Assembly: GCF_046119375.1 (NCBI RefSeq)
Contig: NW_027362767.1
Span: 256,308,001 to 256,372,000 of the forward strand
Reading direction: 5' to 3'
Length of the DNA: 64,000 nucleotides
DNA from: Phyllobates terribilis
Taxonomy: Eukaryota
Shown in pieces: positions 1-12,000 of this stretch (its first letter is position 1; each line of letters begins with the position of its first letter). The notes under the pieces are model-generated. The model did no database searches and had not been told where the DNA came from. It was given only the letters and a program-made list of their open reading frames with translations. The position numbers were made by a program, and so were the translations under genes.

Positions 1-31
1 GTATATATCTGCCATTATATTATATACTCAC

Positions 32-3000
32 CCAGTCCAACATGGTGGGCCCCATTTGGTCTAGAGTACCATCTTCATGTCGCAACCTTACCAAGCGATC
101 AAAGAGATCTAATAGGGAATATGCAATAACTGGTCAGCAGCAATGGTGGGGGAGGGTCACAGCCTGCTGTCTGAGGGGTTCAGTAGTCTATGTAAGGGGC
201 TCGCTGTCCATTACAGTATATACTCATCAATATAGAGTAAGATTCAATAAGGGATCCCATATACTATCTACAAGCAAGGTCAGGGGAGGACACTGACAGC
301 CAAGGACCCCTGTGAAAGACTTGTGTCTGGACCCTTCTTTGTTGTGCCCCACTGGTGTATACGCACAAACATTTACACATACATATTTCATATTCACATT
401 AGGCACATATGTATAAAATATGCATATACATTACACATCTATGTCCACATTATTCATATATTCATTACACACGCATGTACACATCATACCTATATTCATT
501 ACACACAAATTATACATATATACATTACACATGCATGTCCACATTATACATATATACAACACACACACACCTTATACCTATATACATTACACACACATGT
601 ACACATCATACCTATATACATTACACACATTATACGTATATACATTACACTCACATTATACACATATACATTGCACACACATCTTACATATATACATTAC
701 AGACACATGTACATATATGTACACATACAGTGGGGAAAATAAGTATTTGATACACTCCGATTTCGCAAGTTTTCCCACCTACAAAGAATGGAGAGGTCTG
801 TGATTTTTTTTTCGTAGGTACACTTCACCTGTGAGAAACAGAATATTAAAAAAATCCAGAAAGACACATTATATGATTTTTACATAAAGGTTGGAGTGTG
901 ATTGATTGAGTATGGGGACAGGTGTCTTTTATACAGGTAACGAGTTCAAACAGGTGCAATTAATACAGGTAATGAGTGCAGAGTAGGAGGGCTTCTTATA
1001 GAAAAGCTGACAGGTCTGTGAGAGCCAGAATTCTTGCTGGTTGGTAGGTGATAACATACTTATTTCATGCAATAAAATGCAATTTAATTATTTAAAAATC
1101 ATACAATGTGATTTTCTGGGTTTTAATTTTAGATTCTGTCTCTCACAGGTGAAGTGTACCTACGATAAAAATTACAGACCTCTCCGTTCTTTATAGGTGG
1201 GAAAACTTGAAAAACCGGCAGTGTATCAAATACTTATTTTCCCCACTGTATATATTGTAAGGTGGCTAATGGTCGTGTAGTCGATGGGAGGTATGTATCA
1301 GAGATGGCTGGTCTCTGTGATGGAGCCCGCAGTGTTTCTCTAGTGCACATAAGCACTAAGAGGATCATTTGGTGCACCTGGGAGCCGGGGTACGGGCTGC
1401 TAGGAGACAATGGGCGGGTCCAGCAACCCACATACCTCACCTCTGGGTGTGGTTAACAGCCTATAAAATGGAGGCTGTTGTTTGGCACATGGTCTGTGTG
1501 TCTGGAGGGAGAAGGCCTCTTGCGTGTGGTGGTCTCCAGACTGGGCCGTGTACTGGATGCCTGCCAGCCTGTGTGACCACAGTGCTGGCCAGCCAGAATT
1601 TTTGCTAAACGGACTGTTTTCTTTGTTTTTGCCTTCACTTCAGGCTGTTTGTTTGCATTTTTGGCTTTCGAACAGTTTATGAAACCAATAAACCGTAATG
1701 GACACTTAAAGGAACATGCCTACCGTTTTCCTCCCATTGCACCTGAGTACAATCCCTACAATATATACTATAAGGATTCACGCTCTCAGGTAGGCAGCAG
1801 GTAGCGTTCACAGAGGCACTGGATTCTTGGGTCAAAACAATGTCATGTTTATTTCCACTGGTTGCACAGCACCAAAAAATAACCATAAACATAAGTCCCT
1901 AGCCTTATCTACAGTCATGGCCAAAAGTTTTGAGAATGACACCAAAATTATATTTTCACATGATCTGCTGGCCTCTGGTTTTTATTAGTGTTTGTCTGAT
2001 GTTTATATCACATACAGAAATATAATTGCAATCATATTATGAGTACCAATAGGTTATATTGACAGTTAGAATGAGTTAATGCAGCAAGTCAATATTTGCA
2101 GTGTTGCCCCTTCTTCTTCAAGACCTCTGTAATTCTCCCTGGCATGCTCTCAATCAACTTTTGGACCAAATCCTGACTGATAGCAGTCCATTCTTGCATA
2201 ATCAATGCTTGCATTTTGCCAGAATTTGTTGGTTTTTGTTTGTCCACCCGTCTCTTGATGATTGACCACAAGTTCTCAATGGGATTAAGATCTGGGGAGT
2301 TTCCAGGCCATGGACCCAAAATGTCTATGTTTTGTTCCATGAGCCATTTAGTTATCACCTTTGCTTTATGGCAAGGTGCTCCATCATGCTGGAAAAGGCA
2401 TTGTTGGGCACCAAACTGCTTTTGGACGGTTGGGAGAAGTTGCTCTTGGAGGACATTCTGGTACCATTCTTTATTCATGGCTGTGTTTTTAGGCAAGACT
2501 GTGAGTGAGCCGATTCCCTTGGCTGAGAAGCAACCCCACACATGAATGGTTTCAGGATGCTTTACAGTTGGCATGAGACAAGACTGGTGGTAGCGCTCAC
2601 CTCTTCTCCGAATAAGCTGTTTTCCAGATGTCCCAAACAATCGAAAAGGGGATTCATCTGAGAAAATAACTTTGCCCCAGTCCTCAGCAGTCCACTCCCT
2701 GTACCTTTTGCCGAATATCAGTCGGTCCCTGATGTTTTTTCTGGAGAGAAGTGGCTTCTTTGCTGCCCTCCTTGAAACCAGCCCTTGCTCAAAGAGTCTC
2801 CGCCTCACAGTGCGTGCAGAAGCACTCACACCAGCCTGCTGCCATTCCTGAGCAAGCTCGGCACTGCTGGTAGTCCGATCCCGCAGCTGAAACAGTTTTA
2901 AGATACGGTCCTGGCGCTGGCTGGTCTTTCTTGGGCGCCCTGGAGCCTTTTTGACAACAATGGAAGCTCTCTCCTTGAAGTTCTTGATGATGCGATAGAT

Positions 3001-6000
3001 TGTTGACTGAGGTGCAATCTTTGTAGCTGCGATACTCTTCCCTGTTAGGCCATTTTTGTGCAGTGCAATGATGGCTGCACGTGTTTCTTTAGAGATAACC
3101 ATGGTTAACTGAAGAGAAACAATGATACCAAGAACCAGCCTCCTTTTAAAGTGTCCAGTGATGTCATTCTTGTAACATACCTGGCGGCGTCCTTGCATGG
3201 TGGTCCATCTCCCACTGTGCAAGAGGGCGCACTTGATCTCCTGTCCAGAATGTCTCTCTGGCTTCCCTCCATGCTGTCTGTTTGTGTCTGTTTCTGCTGC
3301 TTAAGGGCGGCGCCCGATCACTTCCTGCCTTTTGTATCTGCTGTGGGTCACACCCCTTGTGCGTCCTCAGCCTATTGCTGTCTGTCACTTGGTATATAGC
3401 TCAGCAGCTCCCTTCTATCCCTGCCTGAGCATAGTGTTTCCTTCAGTGTGTGCTTGCACTCTGAAGGTGCCAGGTCCCGTCTCTTGTCTCCTGCTTTGCG
3501 GTATCAGCTCCCGTGTCTGAACTGAGTCCTGTATGTCTCCTGCTTTGCGGTATCAGCTCCCGTGTCTGAACTGAGTCCTGTATGTCTCCTGCTTTGCGGT
3601 ATCAGCTCCCGTGTCTGAACTGAGTCCTGTATGTCTCCTGCTTTTCGGTATTAGTTCCCGTGTCTGAACTGAGTCCTTTCTGTGTTCTCTTGTCTGTCCT
3701 GTCTGAACACGCTCCTAGCCTGTTCCTCCCGCCTTCTAGGGGCCGATTACCTAGACCCGCTCCTGTATCTTGTCTGTCCTGTCTGAACACGCTCCTTGCC
3801 TGTTCGTCCTGCCTCTCTGGGGGCAGTATTCCCAGACCCGCTCCTGTATCCCGCTGCAGTGTCGGTCTCCTCCGTACACTCAGTTCCAGTCTGAACTCTC
3901 TCCTATCCTTTACCGGTTTTGCCTCTATGTCCGTTCCCTTCCTTTTTCTGCAGAGTCTGAACTCGTACCTAACTCCTGCCAGTTGTCTCTGTACTCCCGT
4001 TTGTGAGTTTGTGGTCCACTCGCTGCTTCACTGCAGGTACCCTGTGGGTGTCTGGCTCTGTCTTTCCCTTCCTGTCTGTTCCGTGTGAACAGAGCCCTGT
4101 CCTCCCTGCTCAGCCTTGTCTGCACTCTAGCCGTGCTTGCCTGTAACCCTCTGCCTGTATTGTTCCTGAGTCCCGGTGTGTACTGGGTCCTATCCCGCCT
4201 GTGTTCCTACCTGCTAGTGCCTCCCTGTCTGCACTCTAGCTGTGCTTGCCTTTACCCCCCCTGCCTGCATACCCGCCTGCCTGCATGCCAGTCGTGCCTG
4301 CCTATACCCACCAGTCTGTGTGCCAGCCTACCAGCCTGTTCCTGTATTCCCCTGTGTGGGTCAACAGCCGTGTCCGGGGTCTGTCCTGGAGTAGCACCTG
4401 GTCCCTCTGCTCGGTTCCTCCTTGGTGCACTGGCGTCGTATGCCGTCGTGCGACCCTGGTCGGATCGGGTGAATACTTAGTCACGCCCCTCCAGGCATTC
4501 ACTCTCCGGCACGGTCCAGTGGAATCACTACCAATCACACGCACACGCCGCTTAGCCCGGGCGTGTGCATAACAATTCTTACTTAATCATGACTGATTGA
4601 TCGACAGCCCTGTCCTCATCAACACCCACACCTGTGTTAATGGATCAATCACTAAAACGATGTTAGCTGCTCCTTTTAAGGCAGGACTGCAATGAAGTTG
4701 AAATGTGTTTTGGAGGTTAAAGTTCATCTTCTGGGCAAATATTGACTTTGCAAGTACAGTAATTGCTGTTAAGCTGATCACTCTTTGACATTCAGGAGTA
4801 TATGCAAATTGCCATTACAAAAAATGAAGCAGTAAACTTTGGAAAAATTACTATTTGTCTCATTCTCAATACTTTTGGCCATGACTGTATGTGCTAACTA
4901 AATAAAATAGACCCTGGATACTCACATACGGCTGAACTAGTCCCAATTCGGTCAAACATAATGGCTTTTGTCCATAGCAGCCAGTGATACTTTCAGTTTG
5001 GTGCACATGGTGTGTGCAGTCTCTTTTCAGAAAGAGATTCTGGCTTGTGTCTCTCTCTTTGGCTCCAACACAAATCCACTCTGGTCAGCTTCCCCCAGCA
5101 GACTGACTAAGGTAAACACTTAGCCTGGTTATATGCAGAGCCAGCCAGGTGCAAATAATCAGACCCTGAAGAGCAAGGATTTAACCCTTAACCCAAGCCT
5201 ACCTGGCTTAGCTACAATATGTANNNNNNNNNNNNNNNNNNNNNNNNNNNNNNNNNNNNNNNNNNNNNNNNNNNNNNNNNNNNNNNNNNNNNNNNNNNNN
5301 NNNNNNNNNNNNNNNNNNNNNNNNNNNNNNNNNNNNNNNNNNNNNNNNNNNNNNNNNNNNNNNNNNNNNNNNNNNNNNNNNNNNNNNNNNNNNNNNNNNN
5401 NNNNNNNNNNNNNNNNNNNNNNNNNNNNNNNNNNNNNNNNAGTTTGGACACACCTTCTCATTTAAAGATTTTTCTGCATTTTCATGACTATGAAAATTGT
5501 ACATTCACACTGAAGGCATCAAAACTATGAATTAACACATGTGGAATTATATACTTAACAAAAAAGTGTGAAACAACTGAAAATATGTCTTATATTCTAG
5601 GTTAGTTCAAAGTAGCCACCTTTTGCTTTGATGACTGCTTTGCACACTCTTGGCATTCTCTTGATGAGCTTCAAGTGGTAGTCACCGGAAATGGTCTTCC
5701 AACAATCTTGAAGGAGTTCCCAGAGATGCTTAGCACTTGTTGGCGCTTTTGCCTTCACTCTGCGGTCCAGCTCACCCCAAACCATCTCGATTGGGTTCAG
5801 GTCTGGTGAGGTCTGGTGACTGTGGAGGCCAGGTCATCTGGCGTAGCACCCCATCACTCTCCTTCTTGGTCAAATAGCCCTTACACAGCCTGGAGGTGTG
5901 TTTGGGGTCATTGTCCTGTTGAAAAATAAATGATGGTCCAACTAAACGCAAACCAGATGGAATAGCATGCCGCTGCAAGATGCTGTGGTAGCCATGCTGG

Positions 6001-9000
6001 TTCAGTATGCCTTCAATTTTGAATAAATCCCCAACAGTGTCACCAGCAAAGCACCCCCACACCATCACACCTCCTCCTCCATGCTTCACGGTGGGAACCA
6101 GGCATGTAGAGTCCATCCGTTCACCTTTTCTGCGTCGCACAAAGACACGGTGGTTGGAACCAAAGATCTCAAATTTGGACTCATCAGACCAAAGCACAGA
6201 TTTCCACTGGTCTAATGTCCATTCCTTGTGTTCTTTAGCCCAAACAAGTCTCTTCTGCTTGCTGCCTGTCCTTAGCAGTGGTTTGCTAGCAGCTATTTTA
6301 CCATGATGGCCTGCTGCACAAAGTCTCCTCTTAACAGTTGTTGAATAGATGTGTCTGCTGCTAGATCTCTGTGTGGCATTGACCTGGTCTCTAATCTGAG
6401 CTGCTGTTAACCTGCGATTTCTGAGGCTGGTGACTCGGATAAACTTATCCTCAGAAGCAGAGGTGACTCTTGGTCTTCCTTTCCTGGGGCGGTCCTCATG
6501 TGAGAGTTTCTTTGTAGCGCTTGATGGTTTTTGCAACTGCACTTGGGGACACTTTCAAAGTTTTCCCAATTTTTCGGACTGACTGACCTTCATTTCTTAA
6601 AGTAATGATGGCCACTCGTTTTTCTTTACTTAGCTGCTTTTTTCTTGCCATAATACAAATTCTAACAGTCTATTCAGTAGGACTATCAGCTGTGTATCCA
6701 CCAGACTTCTGCACAACACAACTGATGGTCCCAACCCCATTTATAAGGCAAGAAATCCCACTTATTAAACCTGACAGGGCACACCTGTGAAGTGAAAACC
6801 ATTTCCGGTGACTACCTCTTGAAGCTCATCAAGAGAATGCCAAGAGTGTGCAAAGCAGTCATCAAAGCAAAAGGTGGCTACTTTGAAGAACCTAGAATAT
6901 AAGACATATTTTCAGTTGTTTCACACTTTTTTGTTAAGTATATAATTCCACGTGTTAATTCATAGTTTTGATGCCTTCAGTGTTAATGTACAGTTTCCAT
7001 AGTCATGAAAATACAGAAAAATCTTTAAATGAGGTGTGTCCAAACTTTTGGTCTGTGCTGATTGATATATATATATATCAAAGTTTACATACCCTGGCAG
7101 AATTTTTCCTTTCTTGCCATTGTTTCAGAGAATATGAATGATAACAAAAAAAAAAAAATGCTCCACTCATGGTTATTGGTTGGGTGAAGCCATTTATTGT
7201 CAAACTACTGTGTTTTCTCTTTTTAAATCTTAATGACAACAAAAACATCCAAATGACCCTGATCAAAAGTTCACATACCCCAGTTCTTAATACCGTGTAT
7301 TGCCCCCTCTAACATCAATGACAGCTTGAAGTCTTTTGTGGTAGTTGTGGATGAGGTTCTTTATTTTCTCAGATGGTAAAGCTGCCCATTCTTCTTGCCA
7401 AAAAGCCTCCAGTTCCTGTAAATTCCTGGGCTGTCTAGCATGAACTGCACGCGTGAGATATCCCCAGAATAGCTCAATGATCTTGAGGTCAGTAGACTGA
7501 GATGGCCACTCCAGAACCTTCACTTAGCTCTGCTGTAGCCAATGACAGGTCGACTTGGCCTTTTATTTTGGATCATTGTCATGTTGGAACGTCCACGTAC
7601 GTCCCATGCGCAGATTCAGAGCTGATGAGTGCAAATTTACCTCGAGTATTTGATGATAACATGCTGCATTCATCTTTCCTTCAACTTTTACCAAGTTTCC
7701 TGTGCCTTTGTAGCTCACACATCCCCAAAGCATCAGCGATCGACCTCCATGCTTTACTGTAGGAATGGTGTTCCTTTCATCATAGGCCTTGTTGACCTCT
7801 CTCCAAATGTAATGTTTACGGTTGTGGCCAAAAAGTTCAAGTTTGGTCTCATCACTCTAAATTACCTTGTTCCAGAAGTTTTGGGGCTTGTCTCTGTGCT
7901 GTTTGGCGTATTGTAGGCGAGATACTTTGCGGCATTTGCGCAATAATGGCTTTCTTCTGGCGACTCGACCATGCAGCCCATTTTTCTTCAAGTGCCTCCT
8001 TATTGTGCATCTTGAAACAGCCACACCGCAAGTTTTCAGAGAGTCCTGAACTTCAGATGATGTTATTTGTGGGTTTTTTTTTGCATCCCAAACAATTTGA
8101 GGCCGAAATGTTTGTTGGTCTACCTAACCGTGGCTTGGTTTTTACAGAGCCCCTGATTTTCCATTTGTTAATTACAGTTTGAACGCTGCTGACTGGCATT
8201 ATCAATTCGTTGGATATTTTTTTTTAGCCCTTTCCTGTGTTATACAGTTCAACTACCTTTTCCCGTAGATCCGTTGACAATTCTTTTGCTTTCCCCATGA
8301 CTCACATTCCAGAAACGTCAGTGGCAGGATGAAGGATGCAAGAGTCTGTCTGGATCCCAGAAACTCACTCAGCTTTTATGCACACACACTGATTACAAGC
8401 AAACAGGTCACAGGTGAGGATGTTACCTTTAGCAGCCATTCAAACTCATTTGTGTTAAATTCTGTGCATGTTATCAGGCCAAAATCACCAGGGATGCTAA
8501 CTTTTGATCTGGGTCATTTGGATGTTTTTGGTTGTCATTAAGATTTAAAAAGAGAAAACACAGTAGTTTGACAATAAATGGCTTCACCCAACCAATAACC
8601 ATGAGTGGAGAAAAAGTTTTTTTTGTTATTCATATTCTCTGAAACAAGGCCAAGAGAGGAAAAATTCTGCCGGGTATGTAAACTTTTGAGCACAACTGTA
8701 CATACACAGACATACAGTACATACACCTTACACATGCATGTACACATTATACATTTATACACATTAAGCTCAAATATATATAAGGCCTTAATACATTTTT
8801 TTGTAATTTCTACTATGGAAAGCCAAAAACCCTAAAAATTAGAAGCACCAGCATGGATATTTTGGTGCTGTATTTTAGATGATCAGAATATTTATTTTAT
8901 CTTTCCATATTTACAGACATGACAGCCAAAACATTTTTTTTATCTTCTAATCAAACATAACTAAATGAGGGCATGTGGGTTTTTTTCAGAGAGGAACTAT

Positions 9001-12000
9001 AGTTTTTTTAGGCATCATATTGCCATAAACCTATGTAAGCATTACAAATTATGTTTGATCATGGGTTAAATACAGAAAAAAAAAAACAATTGAGAAATTT
9101 ACCAATTACTGCATTGTGCGGCTTCAAAGTACAGATGTGGTGTGATTACCAAGGACTACAGAGGACTGACCTTGGTGTAATGGTGGAAGTGTCTCCAGGA
9201 TTCCGAAAATCTGGTTCAGTTCCTCCTGTGTCATGATGGCCAGCTTTAACATAGGCTCATAGTAATTCTACAAAAATACAGGAGAGAAAGATTTACGTCC
9301 AAGAAACAAAAAAAAACAAGATGTCATCTTGCTGTTGTCTGACAACCAGGGGCTCCTACCATGTCCCTAACACTAGGGGCGCCCTATCTATTCCTGTTCC
9401 CCAGGTTACTTCATATGGTGAAGATGCTGGGGCCACATACCTTGCTGTTCTCCTGAATCAGCTATTATCTGTCCCCTCCCCCACCCAGGGAAGTGGGGAA
9501 TAATAGTGCATGTATATACACAAACAAGACCAACAAGGAAGGACGTACAGGGACAAATGAAAATACCAAACACACAAAATATGCACTCACAGACAACAGA
9601 GGGAAAACCGAAGGGACTAGGAAGGTAGACAAAAATAGAAGACGATGGGACTATGCACACAACCAAAACACCAAGCAACAGTCACAGAACAACTATCCTT
9701 AAACGGCTCTACCGAACAGCAACACCTCCACTCCACCTCTCACTAGGCTGTACAAGACATAACACTGGCAATCCCAGATAGGCAGAGCAGAGGCTATATA
9801 GGAGAGGGGAGTGGCAGATGCTGCACAGATGAGAACTTCCAAATACAAGCTACAAAGACTCAAAGCTGAGCAGATTAAGTCCTGCACTGCTGAAAGAAAC
9901 CAGCACCATTTAATACGAGGGAGAAGTGCTACTATTCAATGCAGGAGTATGTGAACTCAGATGATGCTGTCTTCTGACTCCTGTCTGTCGCGGTAAACCC
10001 GTGACAGTACCCCCCTTCCACGAGGTTCCTCCTGAACCTCAGGGCCGGGTTTATCAGGATGTGCTGTATGAAAGGACCAGATCAACCTTAACAACATGAA
10101 CGTCAGATGAGGATACCCACATCCTCTTTTCAGGACTGTAACCCTTCCAGTGTACCAAATACTGAAGCCACCGACAAACCAAGTGTGAATCCATGATCTT
10201 AACTATCTGAAACTCCAAATTCCCATCAATTATGATCGGAGATGTAGGCAGTGGTGATGGTTCAGAGGGCGCAAGGTATTTTTTGAGCAACGACCGGTGA
10301 AACACATTATTAATCCTAAAAGTGGGTGGCAACACAAGGTGAAATGCTACAGGATTGATACAGGCTACAATCTTGTAAGGAACAATGAACTTGGGACCCA
10401 ATTTCCAAGAGTGAACCTTCAACTTAATGTTCCTAGAGGACAACCACACCAAGTCACCAATACATAGGTCCGGACCCACCAGACGTCTCTGATCAGCCAC
10501 ACTCATATTTGGACCCCATCTTCTTCAAATTATTAAGAACCCCTTGCCACACAGATGTAATAGATGATGAAAATTGTTCCTCTTCAGGTATTATTGAGGA
10601 ATGATTCCTATTAAACGAGCTGAACTGAGGATGAAAACCGTAGGCCCCAAAGAATGGGACTTACAAGTAGACTCATGACAACGGTTATTTACTGCAAATT
10701 CAGTTAGAGGTAAATAAGTAACCCAATCCTCCTGATTATCAGACATGAAACCCCCAAGATAAGATTCAAAATTCTGGTTAACGCGTTCAGTTTGCCCATT
10801 AGACTGTGGATGAAAAGCTAAGGAAAACGACAGATGGATCCCCAATCGAGTGCAAAACGCTTTCCACAACCTGGAAATAAATTGCACCCCCTGTTCAGAA
10901 ACAATATCAGTAGGAATCCCATGAAATCTTACGATTTCCTTAATGAAAATTTGAGCCAAGGTCTTGGCGTTGGGTAAGGTGGATAATGCAATAAAATCAG
11001 ACATCTTGCTGAACCTGTCCACCACTACCAAAATAACCGTATTACCTGCAGATACTGGTAAATCAGTAATGAAGTCTACTGATAAATGAGTCCAAGGTCT
11101 ACTGGGAATCGCCAATGGTTGGAGAGACCCAGATGGAAGAGTACAAGGGGTCTTGGAACGTGCACACACACTACAGGCCGCAACATACTCCCGAACATTC
11201 TGATGCACGCAGACCACCAAAAATGCCGGGTAAGGAGATTTGTGAAGACTTTACTTCCAGGGTGTCCCGGCTAAGATTGAATCATGATGTTCATTTATAA
11301 CCTTAAAAAGTAGACTCACAGGTACAAACAGTTTACCTAAAGGACAGGCAGCAGGGACGTCCCCGTGAGCCTCAACAACCTTTCTCAAGGTCAGAACTTA
11401 TAGCAGCAATAATTACTCCTTTCTGTAGTATAGGTACTAGTTCACAATTATCTTCTCCCCCGGAAAAACAACGGAATAAGGCATCCGCCTTAATATCTTT
11501 ATTCCTCAGCCTATACGTCACGAAAATGTTGAATCTGAAGAAGAATAGAGACCACCTTGTCTGCCTAAGCGTCAGACGCTTAGTAAATTCTAAATACAAT
11601 AGATTTTTTTGATCCGTGATTACCATGACTGGATGTACAGTGGGTATGGAAAGTATTCAGACCCCTCTATATTTTTCACTCTGTTTCATTGCAGCCATTT
11701 GGTAAATTCTTAAAAAGTTCATTTTTTTCTCATTAAAGTACACTCTGCACCCCATCTTGATTGAAAAAAAACAAATGTAGAAATTTTTGCAAATTTATTA
11801 AAAAAGAAAAACTGAAATATCACATGGTCATAAGTATTCAGACCCTTTGCTCAGACACTACTATTTAAGTCACATGCTGTCCATTTCCTTGTGATCCTCC
11901 TTGAGATGGTTCTACTCCTTCATTGGAGTCCAGCTGTGTTTAATTAAACTGATAGGACTTGATTTGAAAAGGCACACACCTATCTATATAAGACCTCACA

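Larger units (their letters stand above)
1912..4887 (-). mobile_element. Tc1-superfamily transposon, DD35E (Traveler-type), carrying a solo LTR insertion
   Basis: TIR CAGTCATGGCCAAAAGT(T/A)TTGAGAATGA at both ends; TA TSD at 1910-1911 and 4888-4889; transposase ORF inside. Confidence 0.92.
1769..5216 (-). mobile_element. Probable second solo LTR, split by the DD35E transposon (pieces 1769-1911 and 4890-5216)
   Basis: Starts tataagg (degenerate TGTAAGG), ends gctaca; minus-strand AATAAA near 1848; interrupted at a TA by the element at 1912-4887. Confidence 0.45.

Noticed and set aside
323-803. His/Thr/Tyr-rich ORFs
   Set aside because: Low-complexity microsatellite translation.
4920-5040. Apparent minus-strand exon with a GTGAGT donor
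   Set aside because: Lies within an LTR-like segment; no frame resembles the DH domain, and the true next exon is at 32-108.
5133-5530. ORFs containing long X runs (also 49668-50054 and 51518-52096)
   Set aside because: Artefacts of N gaps.
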